This document shows positions 1-9,296 of a stretch of 64,000 bases of DNA, piece by piece. The stretch's first letter is position 1, and each line of letters opens with the position of its first letter. The stretch spans positions 16,185 to 80,184 of the forward strand of contig JAUHXC010000036.1 of assembly GCA_030427205.1 (NCBI GenBank). The letters are read 5' to 3'. The stretch comes from a bacterium. GTDB lineage: Bacteria > Myxococcota_A > Bradymonadia > UBA7976 > UBA1532. The position numbers and the translations under genes were made by a program. The notes under the pieces are model-generated. The model worked only from the letters and a program-made list of their open reading frames with translations. It was not told the origin of the DNA and searched no databases.

Positions 1-174
1 CTTCTTGCGCTCGGCGGCCCGCCGCTTGCGCTCGGCGGCCCGCTTCTTCTTCTTCTTCTCGGCGGCGGCCTCTTTGCGGGCTTCGGCGGTGTCGGGCTTG
101 TCGGCCCACGCCGCGACGGGCGCGGTCAGCAGGGCCAGGCTCAGGCAGGCGGGCAGGAGGTTTCGGGCGGCCAC
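1..174 (-). CDS. Secreted Lys/Arg/Glu-rich protein, 5' part only (runs off the window edge)
   Basis: Not in the ORF track. GTG at 174 preceded by GAGGAG. Reads MAARNLLPACLSLALLTAPVAAWADKPDTAEARKEAAAEKKKKKRAAERK, a signal peptide followed by a charged helix. Confidence 0.7.
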   Translation of the reverse strand, partial: MAARNLLPACLSLALLTAPVAAWADKPDTAEARKEAAAEKKKKKRAAERKRRAAERKK

Positions 175-315
175 GGAAGCTCCTCGGCTGTTCGGGGGCC
201 GGCCCCCGACGACGCCGGGCGGCGCCTGTTCAGACGCCGCAAAGCAGGCCGATGATAGCGATCCGTGAGATGTCGGGCGAGCGTGGTCGACGGGGGCGGG
301 TCGAAGAGCCTGGGC

Positions 316-2121
316 TCAGCGGCGGCCGGGGCGGTCGTACATCGCGTCGCGGCGCAGCTGGATGTGGCGCCGCACGTCGAGCTCGTTGGGCGGCGCGTTG
401 TCGGCGTACCAGTCGGCGAGCTTGTCGAAGTTGGCCTTCATGGCCTTCTCGATGCGGTCGCGGGTGGGCTGGCACTTCTTGGCGTACTCCTTCGACTCCT
501 GCTTCTCGAGGCGCTCGAGGGTCTTGTTGGCCTCCTTGACCTCGTGCACGTACTTGGCCTTGTCCTTCTTCTTGTTGGCCTTGGCGAACTTGGGGCCGTA
601 CTTCGCCCGCAGCGTGGTCTTGCACTTGGCGAGCTTGCGCGCGTTCTTGTTCAGCGAGCTGTCCTCACCCCAGCACGAGCCCAGCCGGAAGGCCTGGCCG
701 AAGGCGCGGGCCTCGGGGGCGGTGCTGCTCAGCTCGCTCCACTGCGAGCGGCCGTTGCCGTGGGTGATGCTGCCGGTGGTGACCCAGGTGTCGTCGTCGC
801 CGTCGCGCAGGTAGGGCGCCTCGCCCTTGTAGACCATCGCGCCGGGGGCCGGGCGGGTCCAGACCTGGTAGACGTGCGCCGGGCTGCACGGATCGGGCTT
901 GCCGTAGTCGGTCGCCACCGCCAGCGCCATCGGGTAGGCGTCGCGCTTCCAGCTGAAGACGGCGTAGTCGAGGCCGTTCTTGCTGCCGGGGAACTCCAGC
1001 TTGCCGGCGTAGGTGGCCTTCAGCGGCCCGGTGGCGCAGAAGCCGCGCAGGGTCGGCAGCGCGGTGCCGTTGACCTGGATGTAGTGGGCGTGGGTGCCCT
1101 TGTCGTAGCTGAAGTCGAGGTCGCTGCGCACCGCGTTGGTGTGCTGCTTCCACTTGCGCACCACCGCGTAGCAGGTGTCGGCCTCGGCGGCGAAGCTGAT
1201 CTTGGCCTTCTTGCCCGTGGTCTCACCGGTGGTGACGACGGTGGCCCCGACGGTGGCGGCCAGCCCGGCCCAGTCGCCGGCGAGCCACTGGTTGTAGCCC
1301 CGGTGGTACATGAGCTGGTCGCCGTACCACGCTGGCGCGCTCGCCTTGAACTTCACCACCTCGGCCAGCACCGCCTCGAAGTCGGCCAGATCGGCGTCGG
1401 GCACGGCGGCCTCGCCCTTCTTGGTCAGCGCGCGCCACGCCTCGAGGTGCGCGTCGAGCTTGTCGAGCTGCTCGTTCTGCGCCTTGGCCTCGGCGGCGCT
1501 GGCGGCCTTGGCGGCCTTGAGCGCGCCGGCCTTCTCCAACTCGGCGTTCTTCGCGGGGGCCTCGGCGGCGAACTTGGCGAAGAACTCCGCCGAGCGCTTC
1601 GCGTCGTCGTTGGCGCCGGCGGTGAAGGCGTCGCTGGCGGCCTTCAGCGCGTCGAGCGCCGCCTGATCGACCACCTTGCCCCGCTTGTGGGCGTCGGCGA
1701 CGGGCTCGTAGGCCTGCAGCACCGGCAGCTGCAGCTTGCCCATCTGCACCTGGCTGTCGAAGCTGTCCCAGTAGCGCTGCACATTGCCCCAGCTCTTGTG
1801 GGACTTCAGGTCGTGCTGCTTGATGAGCGCGGTCAGCTCTTCGTGGATCTTCAGCGCCTCGGCGAAGTCGGCCGCCTTCTTCTCGGCGCCGCTGCGCCAG
1901 TTGCCGGGCACCTTGCGGGCGCCCTTCTGTGAGCGGCTGTTGACCTCGCCGAGCGCCTTGCGCTGCTCCTTGTCCTTCTTCTCGGTGAGCTTCTTGGCCG
2001 AGTCGCCGAGGCTGACCTTCTTGCCGCCGATCTTGACGCCGCCGAACTGCGCGGCGGCCGGCGCCGCGAGTGCGAGGCCGAGGGCGATGACGAGGGGGAC
2101 GAGGCGAGAGCGGGTATGCAC
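316..2121 (-). CDS. Secreted hypothetical protein (helical N-half, Cys-containing C-half)
   Basis: ORF 316..2169; start moved to GTG 2121 after GGAGGA. Signal peptide ...LVIALGLALAAPAAA-QF. Typical GC3 codon bias. No family recognised. Confidence 0.8.
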   Translation of the reverse strand: MHTRSRLVPLVIALGLALAAPAAAQFGGVKIGGKKVSLGDSAKKLTEKKDKEQRKALGEVNSRSQKGARKVPGNWRSGAEKKAADFAEALKIHEELTALIKQHDLKSHKSWGNVQRYWDSFDSQVQMGKLQLPVLQAYEPVADAHKRGKVVDQAALDALKAASDAFTAGANDDAKRSAEFFAKFAAEAPAKNAELEKAGALKAAKAASAAEAKAQNEQLDKLDAHLEAWRALTKKGEAAVPDADLADFEAVLAEVVKFKASAPAWYGDQLMYHRGYNQWLAGDWAGLAATVGATVVTTGETTGKKAKISFAAEADTCYAVVRKWKQHTNAVRSDLDFSYDKGTHAHYIQVNGTALPTLRGFCATGPLKATYAGKLEFPGSKNGLDYAVFSWKRDAYPMALAVATDYGKPDPCSPAHVYQVWTRPAPGAMVYKGEAPYLRDGDDDTWVTTGSITHGNGRSQWSELSSTAPEARAFGQAFRLGSCWGEDSSLNKNARKLAKCKTTLRAKYGPKFAKANKKKDKAKYVHEVKEANKTLERLEKQESKEYAKKCQPTRDRIEKAMKANFDKLADWYADNAPPNELDVRRHIQLRRDAMYDRPGRR

Positions 2122-2387
2122 GTTGTTCCTCCGGGGTGTGCCGTGTGTCGATCGAGTGACATGGCTCATGAGCCCTCGGGCGGTCGAACGTCAACCGGGA
2201 AACGCTTTTTCTACGTGTTTTCAGGTATTTGTTCCATTTGGGGTGTGCCGCATGCGGGTCGATGGCGTTCGCGGGTCGCCCGAATCCGGCTCATGTGGGC
2301 CCGGCTTCAGATCTCGATGTATCGAACGGCCGTTCTGGCGCATCATGTTCGAGCGCGCCCGCAGCGGCGACGCCCCGGAGTCCCCCC

Positions 2388-3941
2388 ATGTCGGTCGAAT
2401 CGTCGATTCACACCCTGCGCCGCCGCGGCCGACGGGGCCGGTCCGCCGAGGGGCCGTCGGGTTCACCCGCCGGTCACCCCGACACCGCGCCGTCGAACCT
2501 GCTCATCGTCTCCGATCTGCACCTGGGCGGGCCGCTGCGGCCGGTGCCCACCGCCGACCCCGACGGGCCGGTGCGGGTGGGCTTCGGCGCGCTGAAGCAG
2601 GTGGTGCGGCTCGACCGGGCGCTGGCGCGCTTCATCGACCACCACCGCGAGAACGGGCCCCGCGGCGGCGGGGGGTGGACGCTGGTCTTCAACGGCGACA
2701 CCGTCGACTTCTTGCACATGGATCTGCGCCCCGACGGGGAGGACGCGCCGGCGCCCGACGGCGACGAGCAGCTCTACGGGCTGTCGTTCGCCGCCCACCG
2801 CGCGGTGTGGAAGATGAAGGTGATCGCCGCCTATCACCGGCATACCTTCCGGGCGCTGGCCCGGTTCGTCGAGGCCGGCCATCGGGTGGTGCTGGTGGTG
2901 GGCAATCACGACGTCGACCTGTGGTTCGGCGACGTGCGCGCGGCCTTCGTCGAGCAGGTGGCGGCCCACGCCGACGACGCCGAGGCGGCGCGCGCGGGGG
3001 TGCGCTTCGAGCCGTGGTTCTTCTACGAGCCGGGGCGGGCGTATATCGAGCACGGCCATCGCTTCGACCCGTTCGCGACTTTCCCCGACCCGCTGGCGCC
3101 GCTGGCCACCGACCGCGAGCGTTACCTGGCGCCCAACTTCGGCCACTTCGGGCTGCGCTACTTCGCCAACCGCATCCGCAGCTTCCCGATCCACGACCTC
3201 GACCAGCAGGGGCTCGGCGATCTGTGGCGCTGGATCAAGCGGCACTCGCCGCGCTACGTGGCCCGCGCCGCGTGGCAGGTCGTCGCCTTCTTGTGGCACT
3301 ACGGCCGGGCGACGGCCCGCGACCGCTTCAGCCGGCGACGGCGGGAGGCGGCGACCCGGGCCCGGCGGCGGGCGCGGCTGCGTAAGTTCGCCGCGCGCTA
3401 TGGCATGCCCCTGGGGCGCATATTGGCCCTCGACGGGCTGCGCCGGCCGCACATCGGGCAGAACGTCTTCCGGCTGGCCCACGGGCTGATGCTCGACCGG
3501 GCGCTGCTGCTCGCGGCGGTGCTGCTCGGGCTCGCGGCGGGCCTCTCGGCGGACGACGCCGAGACCGGCACCTGGGTCGTGCTCGGCGTGCTCGGCGGCA
3601 GCGCGCTGGCGTGGTGGCAGCTCGATCGGACCCGGCCCTCGGCGGACATCCACCCCCAGCTGGGGCGCATCGCCAAGCGGGTGGGCCGGCTGAGCGGCGC
3701 GCCGATCGTGGTCTTCGGCCATACCCATCGGCCGGTGCTGCGGCGGCTGGGGCGCACCCGCTGGCTCAACCCGGGCGCCTGGGAGCACGTGCCGCGCCAC
3801 CGCCCGCACCCGATCGACGCGCCCTGCGACTGCCCGGCGCGCTTCGGCATGATCGACGGCCCCGCCGAGCGCCCTCAGGCCCACCTGCAGCGCTGGTGCG
3901 TGCGCCGCGGCGCGCCCCACGAGGTGGAAGAGCAGGCCTGA
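2388..3941 (+). CDS. Calcineurin-like metallophosphoesterase with a membrane insert
   Basis: Motifs SDLHLG, FNGDTVD, GNHD, EHGH and FGHTH; two hydrophobic helices lie before the last motif. Start uncertain (ORF open from 2229). Confidence 0.85.
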   Translation: MSVESSIHTLRRRGRRGRSAEGPSGSPAGHPDTAPSNLLIVSDLHLGGPLRPVPTADPDGPVRVGFGALKQVVRLDRALARFIDHHRENGPRGGGGWTLVFNGDTVDFLHMDLRPDGEDAPAPDGDEQLYGLSFAAHRAVWKMKVIAAYHRHTFRALARFVEAGHRVVLVVGNHDVDLWFGDVRAAFVEQVAAHADDAEAARAGVRFEPWFFYEPGRAYIEHGHRFDPFATFPDPLAPLATDRERYLAPNFGHFGLRYFANRIRSFPIHDLDQQGLGDLWRWIKRHSPRYVARAAWQVVAFLWHYGRATARDRFSRRRREAATRARRRARLRKFAARYGMPLGRILALDGLRRPHIGQNVFRLAHGLMLDRALLLAAVLLGLAAGLSADDAETGTWVVLGVLGGSALAWWQLDRTRPSADIHPQLGRIAKRVGRLSGAPIVVFGHTHRPVLRRLGRTRWLNPGAWEHVPRHRPHPIDAPCDCPARFGMIDGPAERPQAHLQRWCVRRGAPHEVEEQA

Positions 3942-3978
3942 GGGTCGTGGATCGGACAGCGCGGTCGGGTCGGCGCCG

Positions 3979-5034
3979 TCAGTCGCTGCGGCGCACGATC
4001 TCCAGGGCCTGCTCGAGCAGCGCCTGCATCTCGGCCCGCTGCAGCGCGCTGAACTGGGTCGGCGAGTAGGTCAGCGCCGCCAGTTCGAAGCCGCCGTCCT
4101 CGACGGTGCGCAGCATCGACGAGGGCTGCGAGCGGTCGACGAGGCGCAGCACGTCGTAGGTCTCGACGGCGTGGTGCACGCCTTTGACCTGCACCGGCCC
4201 GCGGTGGCTGCACTCGACGACGTCTTTGACCAGGTGGTAGGTCGAGCCGCTGAGGGTGATGCCGCCGGGCTCGGCGAGGCCTTCGAGGCGCGAGGCGACG
4301 TTCACCGGGCTGCCGACGATGGTGTAGTCCATGCGCGCGGCCGAGCCGAAGTTGCCCACGGTGCAGTGGCCGGTGTTGATGCCGATGCGGGTGCGCAGCG
4401 GGCGGTCGATGCCCAGCGCGCGCCACGTCCCGGCGAGCTCGACGCTCGCCGACTGCATCTCGAGGGCCATGCGCACGCAGCGCACCGCCTCTTCGGCGGG
4501 GTCGGAGTCGTCGCGGTCGCCGAAGAAGACCATCACCGCGTCGCCGATGAACTTGTCGATCGTGCCGCCCCAGCGGTCGGCGATCTGCGCCATGCGGTCG
4601 AGGTAGGTATTGAGCACGGCCGAGAGCGTCTCGGCCTCGACGGTATCGGTCAGCTCGGTGAAGCCCACCAGGTCGGAGAAGAAGACCGTCAGCCGCCGCC
4701 GGCGGGTCGCGGTGGTCGTCGCCTGGATGCCGCCGCCGACGATCAGGTCGAAGAGCTGCGCCGACAGGTAGCGCTTCATGTTGTCGAGCAGCCCGCTGAT
4801 GCGCTCGTTGCGGGCCGACAGCTCGTTCTCGATCTCGGTGCTGTGCTCGAGCACCGTCTGCGACAGCAGGCTGAGGTCGGTGAAGTCCTCGCGCAGCTTG
4901 TCGACGAGCGGCGTCAGCTCGGTGACGATGGCGGCCTGTTGTGGGGAGGCGGCGTCGGCGAGGGCGGCGAGCAGGGCCTCGATCCGGTCGAGATCGGCCG
5001 GTTCGAGGCCGCCGGAGGACAGCGAATCGAACAT
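3979..5034 (-). CDS. Soluble class III adenylyl cyclase with an N-terminal coiled coil
   Basis: FFSDLVGFT, DKFIGDAVM, IGINTG, MDYTIVGSPVNVASRLE; the Lys/Asp pair indicates ATP specificity. Start ATG 5034 (ORF open to 5109). Confidence 0.9.
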   Translation of the reverse strand: MFDSLSSGGLEPADLDRIEALLAALADAASPQQAAIVTELTPLVDKLREDFTDLSLLSQTVLEHSTEIENELSARNERISGLLDNMKRYLSAQLFDLIVGGGIQATTTATRRRRLTVFFSDLVGFTELTDTVEAETLSAVLNTYLDRMAQIADRWGGTIDKFIGDAVMVFFGDRDDSDPAEEAVRCVRMALEMQSASVELAGTWRALGIDRPLRTRIGINTGHCTVGNFGSAARMDYTIVGSPVNVASRLEGLAEPGGITLSGSTYHLVKDVVECSHRGPVQVKGVHHAVETYDVLRLVDRSQPSSMLRTVEDGGFELAALTYSPTQFSALQRAEMQALLEQALEIVRRSD

Positions 5035-5182
5035 GGCCCGAGCATCGTCGATCGCCGCGTGGTGGACAAGAACCGCCTGCACCGGCGCCCGCCGGACGCT
5101 GCATCCCACGGCGACCCGAGACTTCGCCGGATGTCACATTGCACGGTTCGTGGTAGATCGGAGTGCCGTTGGAGGAGGCCCC

Positions 5183-5701
5183 ATGCTGTCGGACCAGGCG
5201 CCGAGCGTCGGCGCGCGCATCATCACGCTGCGCTGTGATGCCGGGTTGCTCGTCAACCGCCACGCCCGCAGCCACAGCGCGGCGGAGTATCTGGCGGCGG
5301 TGGGCTCGACTGCCGGCCCCGACAGCGCCATGGCCGCCCGCGAGCTCTCCGCGGCGCTGTTCGAAGTCTTCGAGTGGGTCCATCATCGCGCGCCGACGGG
5401 CGCGGTCGTCGTCGGGCTGCGCGCGCTCGACGGGGGCGTGCGCATCGTGGTCGAGCTGCCCTGCGCGCCGGCCGCGGTGCCCGCCTGCCTGGCGTCGATC
5501 GCGCCGAGCGACGACGGCCGCGACCCGCTCGTCGACCCCGAGCCGGGGGATGGCCTGCGCGAGCTGGCGGCGGTGCACGGGGTGAAGCTCGGGGCGGCGG
5601 CGGTCGAGGGCGGCGTGCGGCTCGTCCTGCACGTGCCGCTCGGCGAGTCCGGCGAGCAGCGCGCGGACGGCGAGCGGGGGGAGGCCACCGGTGAGCGCTG
5701 A
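5183..5701 (+). CDS. Degenerate GHKL/anti-sigma kinase-like protein, paralog of 9293..9820
   Basis: ATG 5183 after GGAGGAGG; overlaps the next gene by 11 nt. LSAALFEVFEWVHH aligns with ISYALNELVENAIK, and DPEPGDGLRELAAVHGVKLG with DPESSRSGLGFLTLLTDYDARLG. Confidence 0.65.
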   Translation: MLSDQAPSVGARIITLRCDAGLLVNRHARSHSAAEYLAAVGSTAGPDSAMAARELSAALFEVFEWVHHRAPTGAVVVGLRALDGGVRIVVELPCAPAAVPACLASIAPSDDGRDPLVDPEPGDGLRELAAVHGVKLGAAAVEGGVRLVLHVPLGESGEQRADGERGEATGER

Positions 5702-6872
5702 TTCCGGCCCGAAGGGCGGCTACACCGTCAGCTTCGACGAGAACGATCAGGTGGTCCGGCTGGCGGGGGTGCTGCGCCCGGCGCACGCCGCGGCGCTCGG
5801 GCCGCTCGTCGACTGCCTGACCGCCGCCGCCGACGCGGTGCGCGGGCGGCTCTACGTCAACCTCAAGCAGCTGCGGCACATGAGCTTCGCCGGGCACCGG
5901 GTCTTCACCGCGACGCTCGGCCGGCTGCTCGAGGCCCACCCGCGCATGGAGATCACGCTGGTGACCTCGTCGGTGATGCCCTGGGCCAACCGGCGCTTCG
6001 CCCCCTTCGCCGCGCGTTGGCCGCGGCTGACGGTCGAGCAGTACGACCGGGCGTTCTACCCGGGGCAGGGGGTCATCGAGAGCGACGGCCTGCTGCCGGT
6101 GCTGCGGGCCCAGACGAGCGTGATCTGGAAGCACGAGAAGCCGCTGCTCGAACGCCACGGGCTGCGGCCCGGCGCCCGGGTGGCCGACATCTGCTGCGGC
6201 ATCGGCGACTTCGCGATGCTGGTGTGGCGCAACTTCGCGCCCGAGCGGCTCGTCGCCGTCGACCACCATCGGCCGTTTCTCGACTATGCCCGCACGGTGG
6301 CCCGCGACTTCGGCGCCGACCAGATCGAGTATCAGGTGGGCGACGCCGCCTCGCTGCTGCTGCCCGACGCCGGCTTCGACTTCGTCACCTCGCGGCTGGC
6401 GCTGCAGATCTTCGATCGGCCGGCGGAGATCCTCGCCGAGCTCAAGCGCATCTGCCGCCCCGGCGGGCGGGTCTACGTGACCAACGAGATGATGGGTCAC
6501 ATCTACGCCTACCCCAAGGACGGGCCGGTGACCTGGGCCTATCGGCTCATCCCCGAGATGGCGGCGAGCCTGGGCATGGACGTCAACTTCGGGCCCAAGG
6601 CGCGGGCCTATCTCGAGGACGTCGGCTTCGTCGACGTGAAGGTCGACCGGCTCGAGGTCAATAACCTCAACTCCGACCTGAGCGACTTCGCCGCGGTGGC
6701 CGCGGGCTGGCGCGATTACGTCGTCGGCGAGGTGGCGACGGCCACCGGCCAGGCCCCCGAGACCATCGAGCGGCTGCGCTCGGCGCTGGAGGACTTCTTG
6801 TATGTCGTCGAGAACCGCCGCGGCTTCGCCACGTGGCCGATCTACGTGGCCTCGGGCACCCGCCCGAGCTGA
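5691..6872 (+). CDS. STAS-like domain fused to a class I SAM-dependent methyltransferase
   Basis: Motif I VADICCGIG, VAVD, GDAASLLLPDAGFDFV, LKRICRPGGRV. The first ~118 aa align with the STAS protein at 9825..10178. Confidence 0.85.
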   Translation: MSADSGPKGGYTVSFDENDQVVRLAGVLRPAHAAALGPLVDCLTAAADAVRGRLYVNLKQLRHMSFAGHRVFTATLGRLLEAHPRMEITLVTSSVMPWANRRFAPFAARWPRLTVEQYDRAFYPGQGVIESDGLLPVLRAQTSVIWKHEKPLLERHGLRPGARVADICCGIGDFAMLVWRNFAPERLVAVDHHRPFLDYARTVARDFGADQIEYQVGDAASLLLPDAGFDFVTSRLALQIFDRPAEILAELKRICRPGGRVYVTNEMMGHIYAYPKDGPVTWAYRLIPEMAASLGMDVNFGPKARAYLEDVGFVDVKVDRLEVNNLNSDLSDFAAVAAGWRDYVVGEVATATGQAPETIERLRSALEDFLYVVENRRGFATWPIYVASGTRPS

Positions 6873-6926
6873 CCGACCCTTCGAGGAACCGATGACCCGC
6901 GCCGCCCCCCACCCACCGAGTCGCCG

Positions 6927-9296
6927 ATGCTGAAGGCCACCCGCCGTTTTCGCACCAAGCTCTTTCTCGTCGCCGGGCTGGGCGTCGTCATCGGGCTGTC
7001 GGCCAGCACGTTCGTGGCCCGCTACGGGGTCAACGTGCTCAGCCACGACGCGACGACCGAGCTGGAGGAGGGCCTGGGGCGGGCCACCCGCGAGTATCTG
7101 ACCAACCACGTCGCCGACGCGGCCACCCGCACGGGCTACATGCTCGGGCGGGCCCAGACCGACCTGCAGATCGCCGCGGGCATCGCCCAGGGCATCATCG
7201 ACCGCGGCGACAGCCTCGACCCGGTGCACGACGCGATCTCGCGGCTGCCCGGCATCGAGGACCGCCTGCGCTACGACGCCGAGGGCAACTGGTACCAGAA
7301 CCCCGACGACGAGCCGATGGCGGTGGCGGTCTGGGGTTATCTGCTCGGCGAGAAGCCGGCCGACGGCGGCCCGCCGCCGGTGCGGCCCGAGGTGCTCGAG
7401 GCGGTGCGCGAGACGGCGATCTACGATCTGATCGTGCCGCCGTTTCAGCGGAAGGGCAGCAGCAACCTGCAGGTGTACTTCGTCGGGCCCGAGGAGGCGC
7501 CCTTCCTGCGCATCGCCCCCTGGGCGCCGGCGGCGGCGCAGGCCGACAAGAAGTACCCCGGCCACAATCAGAAGCCGTTCTGGTCGTTCTTCTTCCCGAC
7601 GCTGGTCGACAGCTGGATGCAGTGGGTCGAGGCCGAGGGCGGGCCCGACGCCCGCCAGAGCCAGGTGACGGTGCTGCCGCCCTACGAGGACGCCGGCGGC
7701 GGCGGGCTGGTGACGACGTTCTTCCACCCGCTGTGGAGCCCCGACCGCAAGACCTTCGCCGGCGCGGTGGGCATCGACCTGACGCTCAACCAGATCGTCG
7801 ACTACATCAAGGACCAGAAGCTCTACGACTCGGGCTTCGCCTTCCTCGCGCAGTCGAGCGGCAACGTGCTGGCGGTCAACGCCGACGGCGAGCGGCTGCT
7901 GGGGCTGCGCCAGGCCAAGGGCGCCATCGGCGGCGGGGTCGACGTGCTCAGCCGCAGCCTCAGCGCCAGCGCCCACCGCTCGGTCGCCGAGCTGCAGCTG
8001 CCCCAGAGGGACGGGGCGACCTACACCGAGATCGGGATCGACGGCCAGATCCACGTGGTGGTGCTGCAGCGTATGGCGCCCTTCGAGATCTGGCCCGGTC
8101 AGCTGGGCATCGGCCCCGAGCACTGGACCCTGGGGCTGGTGGTGCCCGCCCGCGAGATCTTCGAGTCGCTGACCAAGGCCCGGGCGGCGATCGACGAGAG
8201 CGTCACGAGCATCTTCGCCCAGCAGACGGTGATCACCCTGCTGACGCTGCTGTCGGTGCTGCTCGGCATCTCGGTGCTCAGCCGGCGCATGACCGTCTCG
8301 CTCGACGAGCTGTCCGACGCGGCGCGGGCGATGAAGGGCAAGAACTACGACGTCGAGGTGCAGGTGCGCACCGCGGACGAGATCGGCGAGCTGGCGTTCG
8401 CCTTCAACGCGATGGCCGCCGAGATCAGGACCTACACCAACAACCTCGAAGAGCTGGTGCGTCAGCGCACCGCCGAGCTGGAGCGGGCCAACAGCGAGAT
8501 CTCGCTGCTCAACGAGCGGCTCAAGGAAGAGAACCTGCGCATGGGCGCCGAGCTGGCCGTCGCCCGCCGCCTGCAGCTGATGGTGCTGCCGGCGGAGTCG
8601 GAGCTGGCGAGCATCGCCGGGCTCGACATCGCCGGCTACATGGAGCCCGCCGACGAGGTGGGCGGCGACTACTACGACGTCTTGCAGGGCACCGGCGGGG
8701 TCAAGATCGGCATCGGCGACGTCACCGGCCACGGCCTCGAGAGCGGGGTCTTGATGATCATGCTGCAGGCGGCGGTGCGCACCCTGGTGCTCGCCGAGGA
8801 GCGGGACCCCGAGCGCTTCATGTCGATCATCAACAAGGCGGTCTACCAGAACATCCAGCGCACGGCGATCGACCGCTCGCTGACGCTGAGCCTGATCGAC
8901 TACGACGACGGCGTGCTGCAGCTCGTCGGGCAGCACGAGGAGGCCATCGTCGTGCGGGCCTCGGGCGCGGTCGAGCGCATCGACACCATGGCCCTCGGGC
9001 TGCCGGTGGGGCTCGACTTCGAGATCGACGACTTCCTCGGGCGCCTCGAGCTGCCGTTGGCGCCGGGGGATACGGTGCTGCTGTATACCGACGGCATCAC
9101 CGAGGCGGAGAACCCCGACGGCGAGCAGTACGGCCTCGACCGGCTGTGCGAGGCCGCCCGGCGGCACCACGCCTCTCCGGCGGCCGCGATCAAGGACGCC
9201 GTGATCGGCGACGTGGAGCGGTTCATCAATTTCCAGAAGGTCTTCGACGACATCACCCTGGTGGTGATCAAGCGCGAAGCAGAGGAGGCGGCGTGA
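6927..9296 (+). CDS. Membrane sensor phosphatase: TM-Cache-TM-HAMP-coiled coil-SpoIIE/PP2C
   Basis: Two TM helices; Cache-like PPYED...AGAVGIDLTL; HAMP DEIGELAFAFNAM; PP2C motifs VGGDYYD, IGDVTGHG, LYTDGITEA, DDIT. Confidence 0.92.
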   Translation: MLKATRRFRTKLFLVAGLGVVIGLSASTFVARYGVNVLSHDATTELEEGLGRATREYLTNHVADAATRTGYMLGRAQTDLQIAAGIAQGIIDRGDSLDPVHDAISRLPGIEDRLRYDAEGNWYQNPDDEPMAVAVWGYLLGEKPADGGPPPVRPEVLEAVRETAIYDLIVPPFQRKGSSNLQVYFVGPEEAPFLRIAPWAPAAAQADKKYPGHNQKPFWSFFFPTLVDSWMQWVEAEGGPDARQSQVTVLPPYEDAGGGGLVTTFFHPLWSPDRKTFAGAVGIDLTLNQIVDYIKDQKLYDSGFAFLAQSSGNVLAVNADGERLLGLRQAKGAIGGGVDVLSRSLSASAHRSVAELQLPQRDGATYTEIGIDGQIHVVVLQRMAPFEIWPGQLGIGPEHWTLGLVVPAREIFESLTKARAAIDESVTSIFAQQTVITLLTLLSVLLGISVLSRRMTVSLDELSDAARAMKGKNYDVEVQVRTADEIGELAFAFNAMAAEIRTYTNNLEELVRQRTAELERANSEISLLNERLKEENLRMGAELAVARRLQLMVLPAESELASIAGLDIAGYMEPADEVGGDYYDVLQGTGGVKIGIGDVTGHGLESGVLMIMLQAAVRTLVLAEERDPERFMSIINKAVYQNIQRTAIDRSLTLSLIDYDDGVLQLVGQHEEAIVVRASGAVERIDTMALGLPVGLDFEIDDFLGRLELPLAPGDTVLLYTDGITEAENPDGEQYGLDRLCEAARRHHASPAAAIKDAVIGDVERFINFQKVFDDITLVVIKREAEEAA

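Noticed and set aside
5110..5182. TGTGA-like half-site in the cyclase/operon gap as a CRP box
   Set aside because: No second half-site at the required spacing.
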